The translations under genes and the position numbers were made by a program. From the NCBI GenBank assembly GCA_017467085.1, contig JAFTSW010000072.1, positions 26,753 through 90,752 of the forward strand: a DNA stretch of 64,000 bases. The letters run 5' to 3'. The stretch comes from Clostridia bacterium (GTDB lineage Bacteria; Bacillota; Clostridia; Oscillospirales; CAG-272). The notes under the pieces were generated by a model. The model saw only the letters and a list, made by a program, of their open reading frames with translations. It did not search any database and was not told the origin of the DNA. This document shows positions 9,099 through 17,991 of the stretch, in pieces. Positions within the stretch are counted from its first letter, which is position 1. Each line of letters starts with the position of its first letter.

Positions 9099-9719
9099 AT
9101 GGAGTTTGTTGGCGTACAAGGAAAAATCTACAACTATATGCTTTGGGACAAGGGCGACAAAAGCAAAAAACGCCCCCTTATCCTGCTGCTGCACGGCGCG
9201 GGAGAGAGAGGGGAGAGTATGGAGGAGCTGCCCATTGTCACCATTCACGGGGTAAAGCCTCTGACTGCGGGGGAGGTAACGGAGGATATGGTGCTTGTGG
9301 CGCCGCAATGCCCCTCTGCGAGCTTCTGGATTGCGGAAATTCCCACCCTTGCCGCCTTTATTGAGGAAATGGTAGCGACCTACAACATTGACGAGAGCCG
9401 CATTGCCTTAACGGGGCTTTCTATGGGCGGCTACGGCACCTGGTGCATGGCGCTTCGCTATCCCGATAAATTTTACCGTATCGCCCCCGTTTGCGGCGGC
9501 GGTATGCCCTGGGCGGCAGGCGTTCTGAAAATGCCCATTCGCGCCTTCCACGGGGAAAGAGATAGCGTGGTATCGGTGCAGAACAGCATCGATATGATAG
9601 AGGCGGTCAAGAGAAGCGGCAACGCAAACGCCACCTTGACGGTCTACCCCGGGGTCGACCACGATTCCTGGACCCGTGCCTACACCAAGGAGCTGTACGA
9701 TTTCCTGTTGGGAAAATAA
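9099..9719 (+). CDS. Alpha/beta-hydrolase esterase (carboxylesterase/phospholipase-type)
   Basis: LILLLHGAGERGE, nucleophile elbow GLSMGGYG, FHGERDSVV and VDHDSW give a Ser-Asp-His arrangement. SD GAAAGGAAAAGG. Confidence 0.8.
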   Translation: MEFVGVQGKIYNYMLWDKGDKSKKRPLILLLHGAGERGESMEELPIVTIHGVKPLTAGEVTEDMVLVAPQCPSASFWIAEIPTLAAFIEEMVATYNIDESRIALTGLSMGGYGTWCMALRYPDKFYRIAPVCGGGMPWAAGVLKMPIRAFHGERDSVVSVQNSIDMIEAVKRSGNANATLTVYPGVDHDSWTRAYTKELYDFLLGK

Positions 9720-9850
9720 ATTTAGGTTGCGCTTGGCTAGAAATATGGGTAAAAAAACCATATTGACCAATAAATACACGAAAAACACCATTGTTTTTCC
9801 GCGTTTTTCCTGTTAAAATAGGATTTGGAATGAAAAACCGCAGGCGTTGC

Positions 9851-9883
9851 TAAGGAAAGGATTAACCTAAGGAAAGGATTAAC
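9851..9883 (+). repeat. Tandem duplication of the SD-containing 16-mer TAAGGAAAGGATTAAC (17-bp period)
   Basis: Exact copies at 9851-9866 and 9868-9883, immediately upstream of ATG 9885. Confidence 0.9.
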
Positions 9884-9884
9884 T

Positions 9885-11516
9885 ATGAACACGGAAAAGA
9901 TTGAAAAGCTACTTGACTCTATGACGGTGGAGGACCTTTGCGGACAGCTGTTGAACTACAACATTGCGCCCGCAACACCCTTGGAGGAGCTGGAAGGACT
10001 GTTTCGGCGCACCCGTCCCGGCGGCGTGTTCTTTGGCGGTAACACCGACCCTGCGCGTATTGCCGCCGTCACTGCCCTTGTCAACAGGTACACGAAGGCG
10101 CCTGTTATCGTGTCTGCCGATATTGAGAACGGCCCCGGCTGCTGTATCAAGGACGCTCCCTACATACCCTACCCTATGTCCTGGGGCGCGGCAGACGATG
10201 AGGCGCTGATTGAGCGCGCAGGCCGCATCACGGCAGAAATGTGCCGCAAGGCAGGCGTGCATTGGTCCTTTGCCCCCGTTGTGGATATCAACTACAACAA
10301 GGACAACCCCGTCACCAACGTCCGCGCCATCTCGGATAAGCCTGAGCAGGTGGCGAAAATGGCAGGTGCCTACGTGCGCGGTATGCAGAGGGACGGACTG
10401 ATGGTAGCAGGCTGCAAGCATTTTCCCGGGGACGGAATGGATGACCGTAACCAGCACTTCTGCACCACTATCAATTCCCTTTCCAAGGAAGAATGGATGG
10501 CAACCTACGGCTACGTATACAAGGAAATGTTCAAGGAAAACGTGGGCTCCGTGATGGTAGGGCATATTGCCCTTCCTGCCAACGAGGAGGAGATTGACCC
10601 CGTTCTCGGCCCCAAGCCGGGTACCCTCAGCTACAACACCATGACGCGGCTGTTAAAGGGCGAGCTTGGCTTTGAGGGGTGCTTGATTTCCGACGCGATG
10701 AGTATGGTGGGCACCAGCGTCATGTGTCCCCCCGACCGCCTTTCCATTGAGTTTATCAAGAACGGCGGCGATATGCTCTTGTTCCCCTTGGAGCGTGACT
10801 ACGGGTATCTGATGGGCGCTGTTGAGAGCGGCGAGATAACCCTTGCGCGTCTGAAGGACGCGGTGCGCCGTATTCTCCGTATGAAGGCGCAGGTGCGCCT
10901 CTTTGAGGACCAGGAGAAAATTGCCGACTCTGTTACGGTGTCGGGAGATATCGGTCTGGTTGCCCAGGAGATTGCCGACAAGGCGATTACCGTTATCCGC
11001 AACACCCAGAGCCTTATTCCTCTCTCCCTTCCCAAGGGCTCGAAATTCCTGCTTATCAACATCCAGCGCAACCGCAACGATATGGGCTTCCCGCAGTATA
11101 TGGAGCATATCAAGATTCTGGCGGAGGAGCTGGAGGCGCGGGGCTACGTTGCCGATATGATAAGCGCCTACGGTATCGACCACAAAAAGCTGGAGAAGGA
11201 TATGAAGGGCTACGATTGCATCCTCTTCAACTGCCGAATCAACCCCGCGGTGTACCTTGGCGGCACCAACCGCATCAACTGGGACAACATTATGTGCTTC
11301 TGGAGAGGCGTCGGTGTTGCCCATCCCCGTGTTATCTTTACCTCCTTCGGGGACCCCTACAAGCTGTATGACCTGCCCTTTTTGCGCACCTACGTCAACG
11401 CCTATTCCCACCATGAGGTGACCTTCCGCGCCTTTATCAAGGTGCTGCTGGGTGAAATTCCCGCCACGGGCAAGAGCCCTGTTGGCTTAAAGGGCTTTTT
11501 TGACTGCCAGGTGTAG
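9885..11516 (+). CDS. Glycoside hydrolase family 3 protein (NagZ/beta-hexosaminidase-like N-terminal domain), paralog A
   Basis: CKHFPGDGMDDRNQH and LISDAMSMVG motifs. 543 aa. No signal peptide. Confidence 0.85.
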   Translation: MNTEKIEKLLDSMTVEDLCGQLLNYNIAPATPLEELEGLFRRTRPGGVFFGGNTDPARIAAVTALVNRYTKAPVIVSADIENGPGCCIKDAPYIPYPMSWGAADDEALIERAGRITAEMCRKAGVHWSFAPVVDINYNKDNPVTNVRAISDKPEQVAKMAGAYVRGMQRDGLMVAGCKHFPGDGMDDRNQHFCTTINSLSKEEWMATYGYVYKEMFKENVGSVMVGHIALPANEEEIDPVLGPKPGTLSYNTMTRLLKGELGFEGCLISDAMSMVGTSVMCPPDRLSIEFIKNGGDMLLFPLERDYGYLMGAVESGEITLARLKDAVRRILRMKAQVRLFEDQEKIADSVTVSGDIGLVAQEIADKAITVIRNTQSLIPLSLPKGSKFLLINIQRNRNDMGFPQYMEHIKILAEELEARGYVADMISAYGIDHKKLEKDMKGYDCILFNCRINPAVYLGGTNRINWDNIMCFWRGVGVAHPRVIFTSFGDPYKLYDLPFLRTYVNAYSHHEVTFRAFIKVLLGEIPATGKSPVGLKGFFDCQV

Positions 11517-11593
11517 GGCTGACTGACGCGAGGCGTATATTCTTGGGCAAGGCTTCTTGCCCCGTTGCTACAAAACACAAGAAAGGACCTGTT

Positions 11594-13225
11594 ATGAATA
11601 CGGAAAAAATTGAAAAGCTACTTGACTCTATGACGGTCGAGGACCTTTGCGGACAGCTGTTGAACTACAACATTGCGCCCGCAACCCCCTTGGAGGAGCT
11701 GGATAAGCAGTTCCGAAACACCCGTCCCGGCGGCTTGTTCTTTGGCTGGAACAACACCCCTGAGCGCATTGCCGCTGTTACGGCGTTGGCAGAGAAGTAT
11801 ACCAAGGCGCCCGTTATCGTGTCCGCTGACATTGAGAACGGCCCCGGCTGCTGCTTGGCCGCTGAGCTGTTTTTGCCCCAGATGATGTCCTTGGGCGCGG
11901 CAGACGATGAGGCGCTGGTAGAAAGGCTGGGTCGCAGAACGGCAGAAATCTGCCGTGAAAGCGGTATTCATTGGTCCTTTGCTCCCGTTGTGGACATCAA
12001 CTACAACAGGGACAACCCCGTTACCAACATCCGCGCCATTTCGGACAGCCCCCGACAGGTTGCCAAGATTGCCCGTGCCTTCGTGCGCGGTATGCAGAGA
12101 GATGGGCTGATGGTAGCAGGCTGTAAGCATTTCCCCGGGGACGGACTTGACGACCGCAACCAGCACTTCTGCACCACTGTCAACTCCCTTTCCAAGGAAG
12201 AGTGGATGGAAACCTACGGCTACGTATACAAGGAAATGTTCAAGGAGAACGTGGGCTCCGTGATGGTAGGGCATATTGCCTTCCCTGCCAACGAGGAGGA
12301 GATTGACCCCATTCTCGGCCCCAAGCCGGGTACCCTCAGCTACAACACCATGACGCGGCTGTTAAAGGGCGAGCTTGGCTATGACGGCTGCTTGATTTCC
12401 GACGCGATGAGTATGGTGGGCACCAGCGTCATGTGTCCCCCCGACCGCCTTTCCATTGAGTTTATCAAAAACGGCGGCGATATGCTCTTGTTCCCCTTGG
12501 AGCGTGACTACGGGTATCTGATGGGCGCTATTGAGAGCGGCGAGATAACCCTTGCGCGTCTGAAGGACGCGGTGCGCCGCATTCTCGTTCTGAAGGACAA
12601 GGCGCGCCTCTTTGAGGACAAGGCGACGGTTCTTGCCGAAATTAAATCCGACCGCGCCGATTTGGAGGCGGCGGCAGAGGAGCTTGCCGAAAAGAGCATT
12701 ACCCTCATCCGCAACGCCCAGAATATCATCCCGATGGCGCCCGAAAAGGGAGCGAAATTTCTCATCATCAATATGCAACGCCCCGGCGAGTTCGCGATGA
12801 AGTATATGAACCAGGCGGACGTATTGAAGCAGGAGCTGGAGGCACGGGGCTACGTTGCCGATATGATGAGCGGCGTGCACGTCAACCACAAGAGCTTAGA
12901 GGAGAAAATGCCCTCGTATCATTGCATTATCTTCGCCTGCCGCATCAACCCTATGACCTACCTTGGCGGTACCAACCGCATTAACTGGGACAACATTATG
13001 TCCTTCTGGAGAGGTGTGGGCGTTGCCCATCCCCGTGTGGTTTTCGTGTCCTTGGGTGACCCCTACAAGCTGTACGAGCTGCCCTTTTTGCGCACCTACC
13101 TCAACGCCTATTCGGCAGACCCTGCCACCATGCGCGCCTTCGTGAAGGTGCTGCTGGGCGAAATCCCCGCTATGGGCAAGAGCCCCGTAGCGCTGAAGGG
13201 ATTCTTTGACAGAGAAACCGACTGA
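11594..13225 (+). CDS. Glycoside hydrolase family 3 protein, paralog B (tandem duplicate)
   Basis: Same motifs as paralog A. The track ORF begins at TTG 11543. ATG 11594 has a GAAAGGA SD and aligns with the paralog A start MNTEKIEKLL. Confidence 0.85.
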   Translation: MNTEKIEKLLDSMTVEDLCGQLLNYNIAPATPLEELDKQFRNTRPGGLFFGWNNTPERIAAVTALAEKYTKAPVIVSADIENGPGCCLAAELFLPQMMSLGAADDEALVERLGRRTAEICRESGIHWSFAPVVDINYNRDNPVTNIRAISDSPRQVAKIARAFVRGMQRDGLMVAGCKHFPGDGLDDRNQHFCTTVNSLSKEEWMETYGYVYKEMFKENVGSVMVGHIAFPANEEEIDPILGPKPGTLSYNTMTRLLKGELGYDGCLISDAMSMVGTSVMCPPDRLSIEFIKNGGDMLLFPLERDYGYLMGAIESGEITLARLKDAVRRILVLKDKARLFEDKATVLAEIKSDRADLEAAAEELAEKSITLIRNAQNIIPMAPEKGAKFLIINMQRPGEFAMKYMNQADVLKQELEARGYVADMMSGVHVNHKSLEEKMPSYHCIIFACRINPMTYLGGTNRINWDNIMSFWRGVGVAHPRVVFVSLGDPYKLYELPFLRTYLNAYSADPATMRAFVKVLLGEIPAMGKSPVALKGFFDRETD

Positions 13226-13332
13226 CGGTAACGAACGGCTCCCTGCGTTTGTAGCATAAAAGCTTGCAGCCTCCGGGATAGGTGCCGTCAGGCACAGGGC
13301 GTTGCTCGGCAAAATTCAGAGAGGTATATTAT

Positions 13333-14382
13333 ATGAGGATTAGAACTTGTCTTCGTCGCATAAAACAGATATCGTTTATGCGTAAAACCTTGAAAAGGTT
13401 TGCACCGTATATGAAGAACGGCGCCTATACGCTGTTTCCTTCCATGCGCGCTATCGCTTGGCGAGAAGAAAGCAATCTTGCCTGTGCGAAGCAGTATTTT
13501 GCTAACCGAACGAAAAGCGGAGAGAATTCCTTCGTTGCGTTTGCTAACAAGCACACGCTTTTTCGCAACAAAGAGGGGAACGGCTCGTACGAAGCCATTT
13601 ACGCTGCCAATAACTATGATAAGAAAAGAGAGGTCAAGCTTTTCTCCTTTAGCGAGAAGAAGATTTTAACCGTGTGTGTTTCGCAAGAGGAAAACGAGGC
13701 GCAGATAAGGGAATACGAGCACCTGCATCACGCATACGGAATGCCGACCACGGCGCCCTTCGCGCTCATTCCGTGCGCGCATCAGATTTCTATGATTTCT
13801 CTTTTGACGCGACCTGATGACGCGCAAGCACTTGCATCTGTTGCCGATTCATGTAAGGCGTTTAATGGCGATATAGAAAAGCTTTCCTCTTTGACAAAGG
13901 AGGAGGTTCTTTCCTTTGATTACTCTGACAAAGAAATGAATAAGGCGCTTGCGACCCTCAAGAAGCAGATACGCCTTGCAATGCTTCCAAACAGATTTCC
14001 GCTTTGCTTGCAGCACGGCGACCTTTCGCGGGACAATTTGCTATACGGCACCTCGGACGGAAAGCAGGGCTTTTTCTGGATTGATTGGGAGCATAAAACG
14101 GATCGCGTTTTCTTTTACGATTTCTTCTTTTACATTCTGAATTCCGCATTTTGTTCAAAAGTAATGGCACCGTTGGAGGCGTATATAAGCGGCGCTTATG
14201 ACGGGATTTTGACCGATTTTTTCCGTCATTTTGGCTTGGAATATGACCCAAAATGCAAAAAGGATTACTTTTTCCTCTTTTCCATTGCGTTCTTAAAAGA
14301 GCGTGTTTGTGATTTGGGGCATACCAACGCAGCTAAAAAATACGTAGAGTTTTTGTCTGCGCTTCCTTTTTCGGAGCCATAA
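13333..14382 (+). CDS. Phosphotransferase enzyme family protein (APH/choline-kinase-like kinase fold)
   Basis: Brenner-type motif LQHGDLSRDNLLY and FWIDWEH. Start chosen at ATG 13333 (GAGAGG SD); the track ORF starts at 13282. Visibly AT-richer than its neighbours. Confidence 0.7.
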   Translation: MRIRTCLRRIKQISFMRKTLKRFAPYMKNGAYTLFPSMRAIAWREESNLACAKQYFANRTKSGENSFVAFANKHTLFRNKEGNGSYEAIYAANNYDKKREVKLFSFSEKKILTVCVSQEENEAQIREYEHLHHAYGMPTTAPFALIPCAHQISMISLLTRPDDAQALASVADSCKAFNGDIEKLSSLTKEEVLSFDYSDKEMNKALATLKKQIRLAMLPNRFPLCLQHGDLSRDNLLYGTSDGKQGFFWIDWEHKTDRVFFYDFFFYILNSAFCSKVMAPLEAYISGAYDGILTDFFRHFGLEYDPKCKKDYFFLFSIAFLKERVCDLGHTNAAKKYVEFLSALPFSEP

Positions 14383-14472
14383 CGGCACAATTCTTGGGCA
14401 TAAGAAGACGGTGCATCTTTTTTCTGTGCCACAGAATTCGAAGCATCGAATGTCAAGCAAGTATGTCAAAGC

Positions 14473-14511
14473 AAAAGCCCCCAAACGGCGAAGTCCGTTT
14501 GGGGGCTTTTT
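14473..14511. terminator. Bidirectional rho-independent terminator
   Basis: AAAA-GCCCCCAAACGG-cgaagt-CCGTTTGGGGGC-TTTTT, lying between convergent genes. Confidence 0.8.
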
Positions 14512-14519
14512 GTCTTGGT

Positions 14520-15878
14520 TTATTGCAGAGAAATCCACACCGTGGGGCGCACGGCGTAGTCGGGGGCGTTCACCTTGTCGCCGCCGTAAAGGGCGGAGGT
14601 GAAGCAGAAAATCATCGCGTGGTCGGCAAAGCGCTCACTTTGGGTGCGGAGCCACCATTGGCAGGTGCCGCTTTTTTGCTCGATGGCGGCGCCTCGGGCT
14701 ACGGCGTAATCGGTGGGGGCGGCGTGTCCGCGCGTGTCCCCAATGTCACCGCCAAAATATTTTTGCATTTCGAGCTTGGAAAGGCAAAAGACCTTGTCGA
14801 CGGTGTTCGGCGTGCCCGCGTTCTTGATTACGCCCGACAAAATCCGCGCCGCCTCGCCCTCGGTAAAGGCGGTGGCGAAAAATTCGCCGTTGAGCCAGGC
14901 GCGAAGAGAGGAGGCTTCCCAGGTAATCGGGGTCAGGCTGTGATGGTAGGGCTGACAGTCAATGCCCTTCTCCGTAATGAGAAGCGCTCTGTCCCCCGCC
15001 ACATTCAAAACCTTCCAGGTGATAGGCGCCTTGCCGTTTCCTTGCTCGTAGCTGCCAAAGGAAACGAGGTCGCCAACGCGAAGGGTCTTGGGGTCAAAGG
15101 AAAGAGCGGCGGCTTTTGCGCCTGCTTGTGGCGCGGCATCCGCCTCCTGCCAGGAGAGCTCGGTCTTTTCTTCTGCCTCTGCCTCTGCCGCCATCTCTGC
15201 CCAAAGCTGCTCTTGCCAGGAGACAGTGGCGGTGAAGCGGGCGGCGGTGTCCTCGGGAAGCTCGGTGGGGTTGCCGCCCTTGGGGTCAAGCCAAAGGGCA
15301 GGGCGAATGCCGTAGGTCAGCCAGTCGGAGCCGTCCTTAATGCCCCACTCGGCGCTGACAAAGTAGGCGTCGCGGCCGCCTTTCGTGGAGCGAAGCCACC
15401 ATTCGGTGCTCCAATTCCAGAAATAGGGGGTGGCGCCGTTGTCCTTGGCAAGGTCGGTGAACTTGGCGGCGGCGGTCTTTTCGTAATCCACCGCCTCCTT
15501 GCAGCTTAAGCAAAATACGCGGTCGGGGTCGGTATTCTCGCCCTGTGCGTTTTGGGTGAGCGCAATTTTCTCTCTTTCCGCTTTGTTAAAGGCGCGAAAG
15601 AAAAAATCCGTATGGAGCCAGGCGCGCAGCTCGGAGCTTTCCCAGGTGATGCTTTCGCCAAAGAAAATGTCACTGGCGCGTCCGTCATAGGCGTGGGCGT
15701 CGATAGCCATCGTGGCAAGCAGGAAAAGCTTGCCGTCCCTGACGTCTAAAACCTCCCATTCAATGGGCTCGTTTTTGCCCCCCTTTTCCTTGGGGTAGGC
15801 GCCGAAGAAGAGAATATCTCCCTTTTGAATGCCCGTGTAGTCCGCAGGCGCCAGGGTGTCAGCCGTGTAAGTAGCCAA
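14520..15878 (-). CDS. Tandem two-domain protein, DUF6273-like (WWLR motif)
   Basis: Two modules of about 190 aa (..IEWEVLDV..TWESSELRAWL..VFCLS..EWWLRS and ..ITWKVLNV..TWEASSLRAWL..VFCLS..QWWLRT), joined by an acidic Ala/Glu linker. TTG start. No signal peptide. Confidence 0.6.
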   Translation of the reverse strand: MATYTADTLAPADYTGIQKGDILFFGAYPKEKGGKNEPIEWEVLDVRDGKLFLLATMAIDAHAYDGRASDIFFGESITWESSELRAWLHTDFFFRAFNKAEREKIALTQNAQGENTDPDRVFCLSCKEAVDYEKTAAAKFTDLAKDNGATPYFWNWSTEWWLRSTKGGRDAYFVSAEWGIKDGSDWLTYGIRPALWLDPKGGNPTELPEDTAARFTATVSWQEQLWAEMAAEAEAEEKTELSWQEADAAPQAGAKAAALSFDPKTLRVGDLVSFGSYEQGNGKAPITWKVLNVAGDRALLITEKGIDCQPYHHSLTPITWEASSLRAWLNGEFFATAFTEGEAARILSGVIKNAGTPNTVDKVFCLSKLEMQKYFGGDIGDTRGHAAPTDYAVARGAAIEQKSGTCQWWLRTQSERFADHAMIFCFTSALYGGDKVNAPDYAVRPTVWISLQ

Positions 15879-15937
15879 TATCTTTTACCTCAATTCTCTT
15901 TGATTTGTTCGATAGGAGCAAAACGGTACAGGGGCAA

Positions 15938-17182
15938 TCAGGGCAAATAGAAGGTGACGGTCAGCGCCTCCTCGTTGACGGCGTAGGTGAACGCCTTGCC
16001 GCCAAGCCGCAGGGCAAGGGCGGGGACGCTGCGCAGGTAGCCGTTGTCCACCAAATCCGTCTTGGCGGCGCGCAGGGCAGAGAGGGAGCCAAAGCGGGCG
16101 GTGACCGTTTCGTTATCCTTTTGCTTTTGCGCCACGCTCTGGAAGGCGGTACGGGAGTAGGATTCGCAGTAGTAGCCGAAATAGCGGTAGTATTCGTATT
16201 CGGTGGCGGTGCAGGTGGGAATAATCTCGTCCAAGGCGTTTTCGTCCTTGTTTTCACGGAAGGCGTGGGTCTTGGTCAGCTCCGCCTCGTTGATGAAATA
16301 GTAAAGATGGGAAAGGGTGTTTGAGCCGTCGGTGGTGACGGGGTCATTCCAGGTCACGTCCACGTAGTAGGACTCGCCGTCAAAGTTGAGGGCGTTCCAT
16401 TCGTGGGCCTCGCCGCCAATGCGGCTGCCCCGTACGCGGATGCAGGGAACGCCAAGCTCCTGCAAGAGAATGGAGAAGGCGGCGGCGTACCCCGCGCAAA
16501 CCGCCTTGCCCTTTACAAGGCACCCGTAGGCGGTGGAGCTGGGATGGACGGTGGAGCCCGAGGCGGACATAATATCGTCCACAGACTCGGAGTCGTATAC
16601 GCAGTTGTTTACCAGATAATCGTGGATATAGAGAATTTGCTCATAGAGGGTTGCCTCTTGGCGGGCGTTTGCCACAACCTCTGCCACGACTCCGTCAAGC
16701 GCCGCCTTCATTTCGGCAAGGGAGCCCTCGCCCTGGAGGATATAGGGGGTGATGGTGTACTTGGTGGTCAAGAGGGTTTCTCCCGAAAGAGAGGTGCCGC
16801 CGTTCATCCAGAAAAGGGTGGGATAGTCCCGCAAAACGGCGGAAAAGGCGCGGAAGATGGCATATTGGCTTGACGCCTCTCCTACCTCTACCGAGGTCGA
16901 GAGGGAAGAGAAGCCCTGATAAAGGGTCGTATAAATCAGCTTTTCCTCGTCGGTGAGGGTCTGGTAGTAGGCGCGGTTGTATAGGTCGCTTCCCTCTAAA
17001 ACGGGAGGCGTTAAGGGACCCTTGCTGCCGCCGTCCTCGCCACCGTCCTCACCGCCCTTGAAGGAGCTGTTGACGTTGTTGATAAACGCCAAAAGACCGT
17101 CTAAGGAGCAGGCGGTACAAAGGGAGAGGGTCAGCACCAGAACCAACAAAAGGGCAAGGGCGCGTAAAAGAATGGCTTTCAT
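15938..17182 (-). CDS. Transglutaminase-like cysteine-peptidase-fold lipoprotein
   Basis: Signal plus lipobox LSLCTAC. Core CAGYAAAFSILLQELG..GGEAHEWNAL..YYVDVTWND shows a Cys-His-Asp pattern. Confidence 0.75.
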   Translation of the reverse strand: MKAILLRALALLLVLVLTLSLCTACSLDGLLAFINNVNSSFKGGEDGGEDGGSKGPLTPPVLEGSDLYNRAYYQTLTDEEKLIYTTLYQGFSSLSTSVEVGEASSQYAIFRAFSAVLRDYPTLFWMNGGTSLSGETLLTTKYTITPYILQGEGSLAEMKAALDGVVAEVVANARQEATLYEQILYIHDYLVNNCVYDSESVDDIMSASGSTVHPSSTAYGCLVKGKAVCAGYAAAFSILLQELGVPCIRVRGSRIGGEAHEWNALNFDGESYYVDVTWNDPVTTDGSNTLSHLYYFINEAELTKTHAFRENKDENALDEIIPTCTATEYEYYRYFGYYCESYSRTAFQSVAQKQKDNETVTARFGSLSALRAAKTDLVDNGYLRSVPALALRLGGKAFTYAVNEEALTVTFYLP

Positions 17183-17277
17183 AGGATAGACTCCGTTTCC
17201 GTATCGTGCTTCAAGCTAAAAGGGTAAATAAAAGGGTAAGGGGCGCCCAAGAGAGGGCGCTTCCCTGCTTCGTGGGA

Positions 17278-17829
17278 TTACAGGGGATTGCCGTTTTTGT
17301 CAAAGAGGGGAAGGGGGGCAAGATAGGTGATATCCTGGCGCGCGATGGCGTCACCCTCCGCCAGAATGGCCATACGGCCCACGATTTCACCGCCCGCCTC
17401 CTTGACCAACTGCTCCAAGGCGTGCAGGGACTGTCCCGTGGAAATCACGTCATCGACAATCAGGACCCGCTTGCCCTTCATAGCCGCCACGTCATCTCCG
17501 TCTAAATACAGGCACTGAGATGCCTCGGTGGTGATGGACTGCACCTGGCATTTGAGAACGTCCTTCATATAGAGCTTGGGCGCCTTTCTTGCCAAGGCGT
17601 AGCGATTTTCGCCCAGCTGGCGCGCCATCTCGTGAATCAGGGGAATGCCCTTGGATTCTGCCGTAATCATAATATCGTGGGCAGGGGCAATCGCCGCCAG
17701 GGCGCCCGCGCACTTCACCGTCAGCTCCACGTCACCGAAAAGGACGAAGGCGCCGATATACAGCTCGTCGTTCAGAGGGCAAAGGGGCAAATCACGCTCA
17801 ATACCCGCTACGTTCAGATGATAAACCAT
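17278..17829 (-). CDS. Purine (adenine/xanthine-type) phosphoribosyltransferase family protein
   Basis: PRPP-binding loop RVLIVDDVISTGQS. 183 aa. AAAGGAGAA SD. Confidence 0.75.
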   Translation of the reverse strand: MVYHLNVAGIERDLPLCPLNDELYIGAFVLFGDVELTVKCAGALAAIAPAHDIMITAESKGIPLIHEMARQLGENRYALARKAPKLYMKDVLKCQVQSITTEASQCLYLDGDDVAAMKGKRVLIVDDVISTGQSLHALEQLVKEAGGEIVGRMAILAEGDAIARQDITYLAPLPLFDKNGNPL

Positions 17830-17933
17830 TTTTATATTCTCCTTTGTGTTATATACCGTAATGGGGAAGAAAAGGCTCCTCCAAGAACAGTATACACCAT
17901 TTTCTTCTTGAAATCAAGTGCTTTTTGAAATCG

Positions 17934-17972
17934 GAAAAAACAAAAAGGGGCTGTCCGCAAGCGGACAGCCCC
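17934..17972 (-). terminator. Rho-independent terminator after the SleB-like gene
   Basis: Minus strand reads GGGGCTGTCCGC-ttgc-GCGGACAGCCCC followed by TTTTTGTTTTTT. Confidence 0.8.
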
Positions 17973-17991
17973 AAGGGGGTCGGGAACAAAA

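Noticed and set aside
17830-17934. Possible purine riboswitch in the leader of the phosphoribosyltransferase gene.
   Set aside because: The leader is only about 70 nt after a TTGATT-17-TATACT promoter. It lacks the conserved purine-riboswitch loop sequences I can recall.
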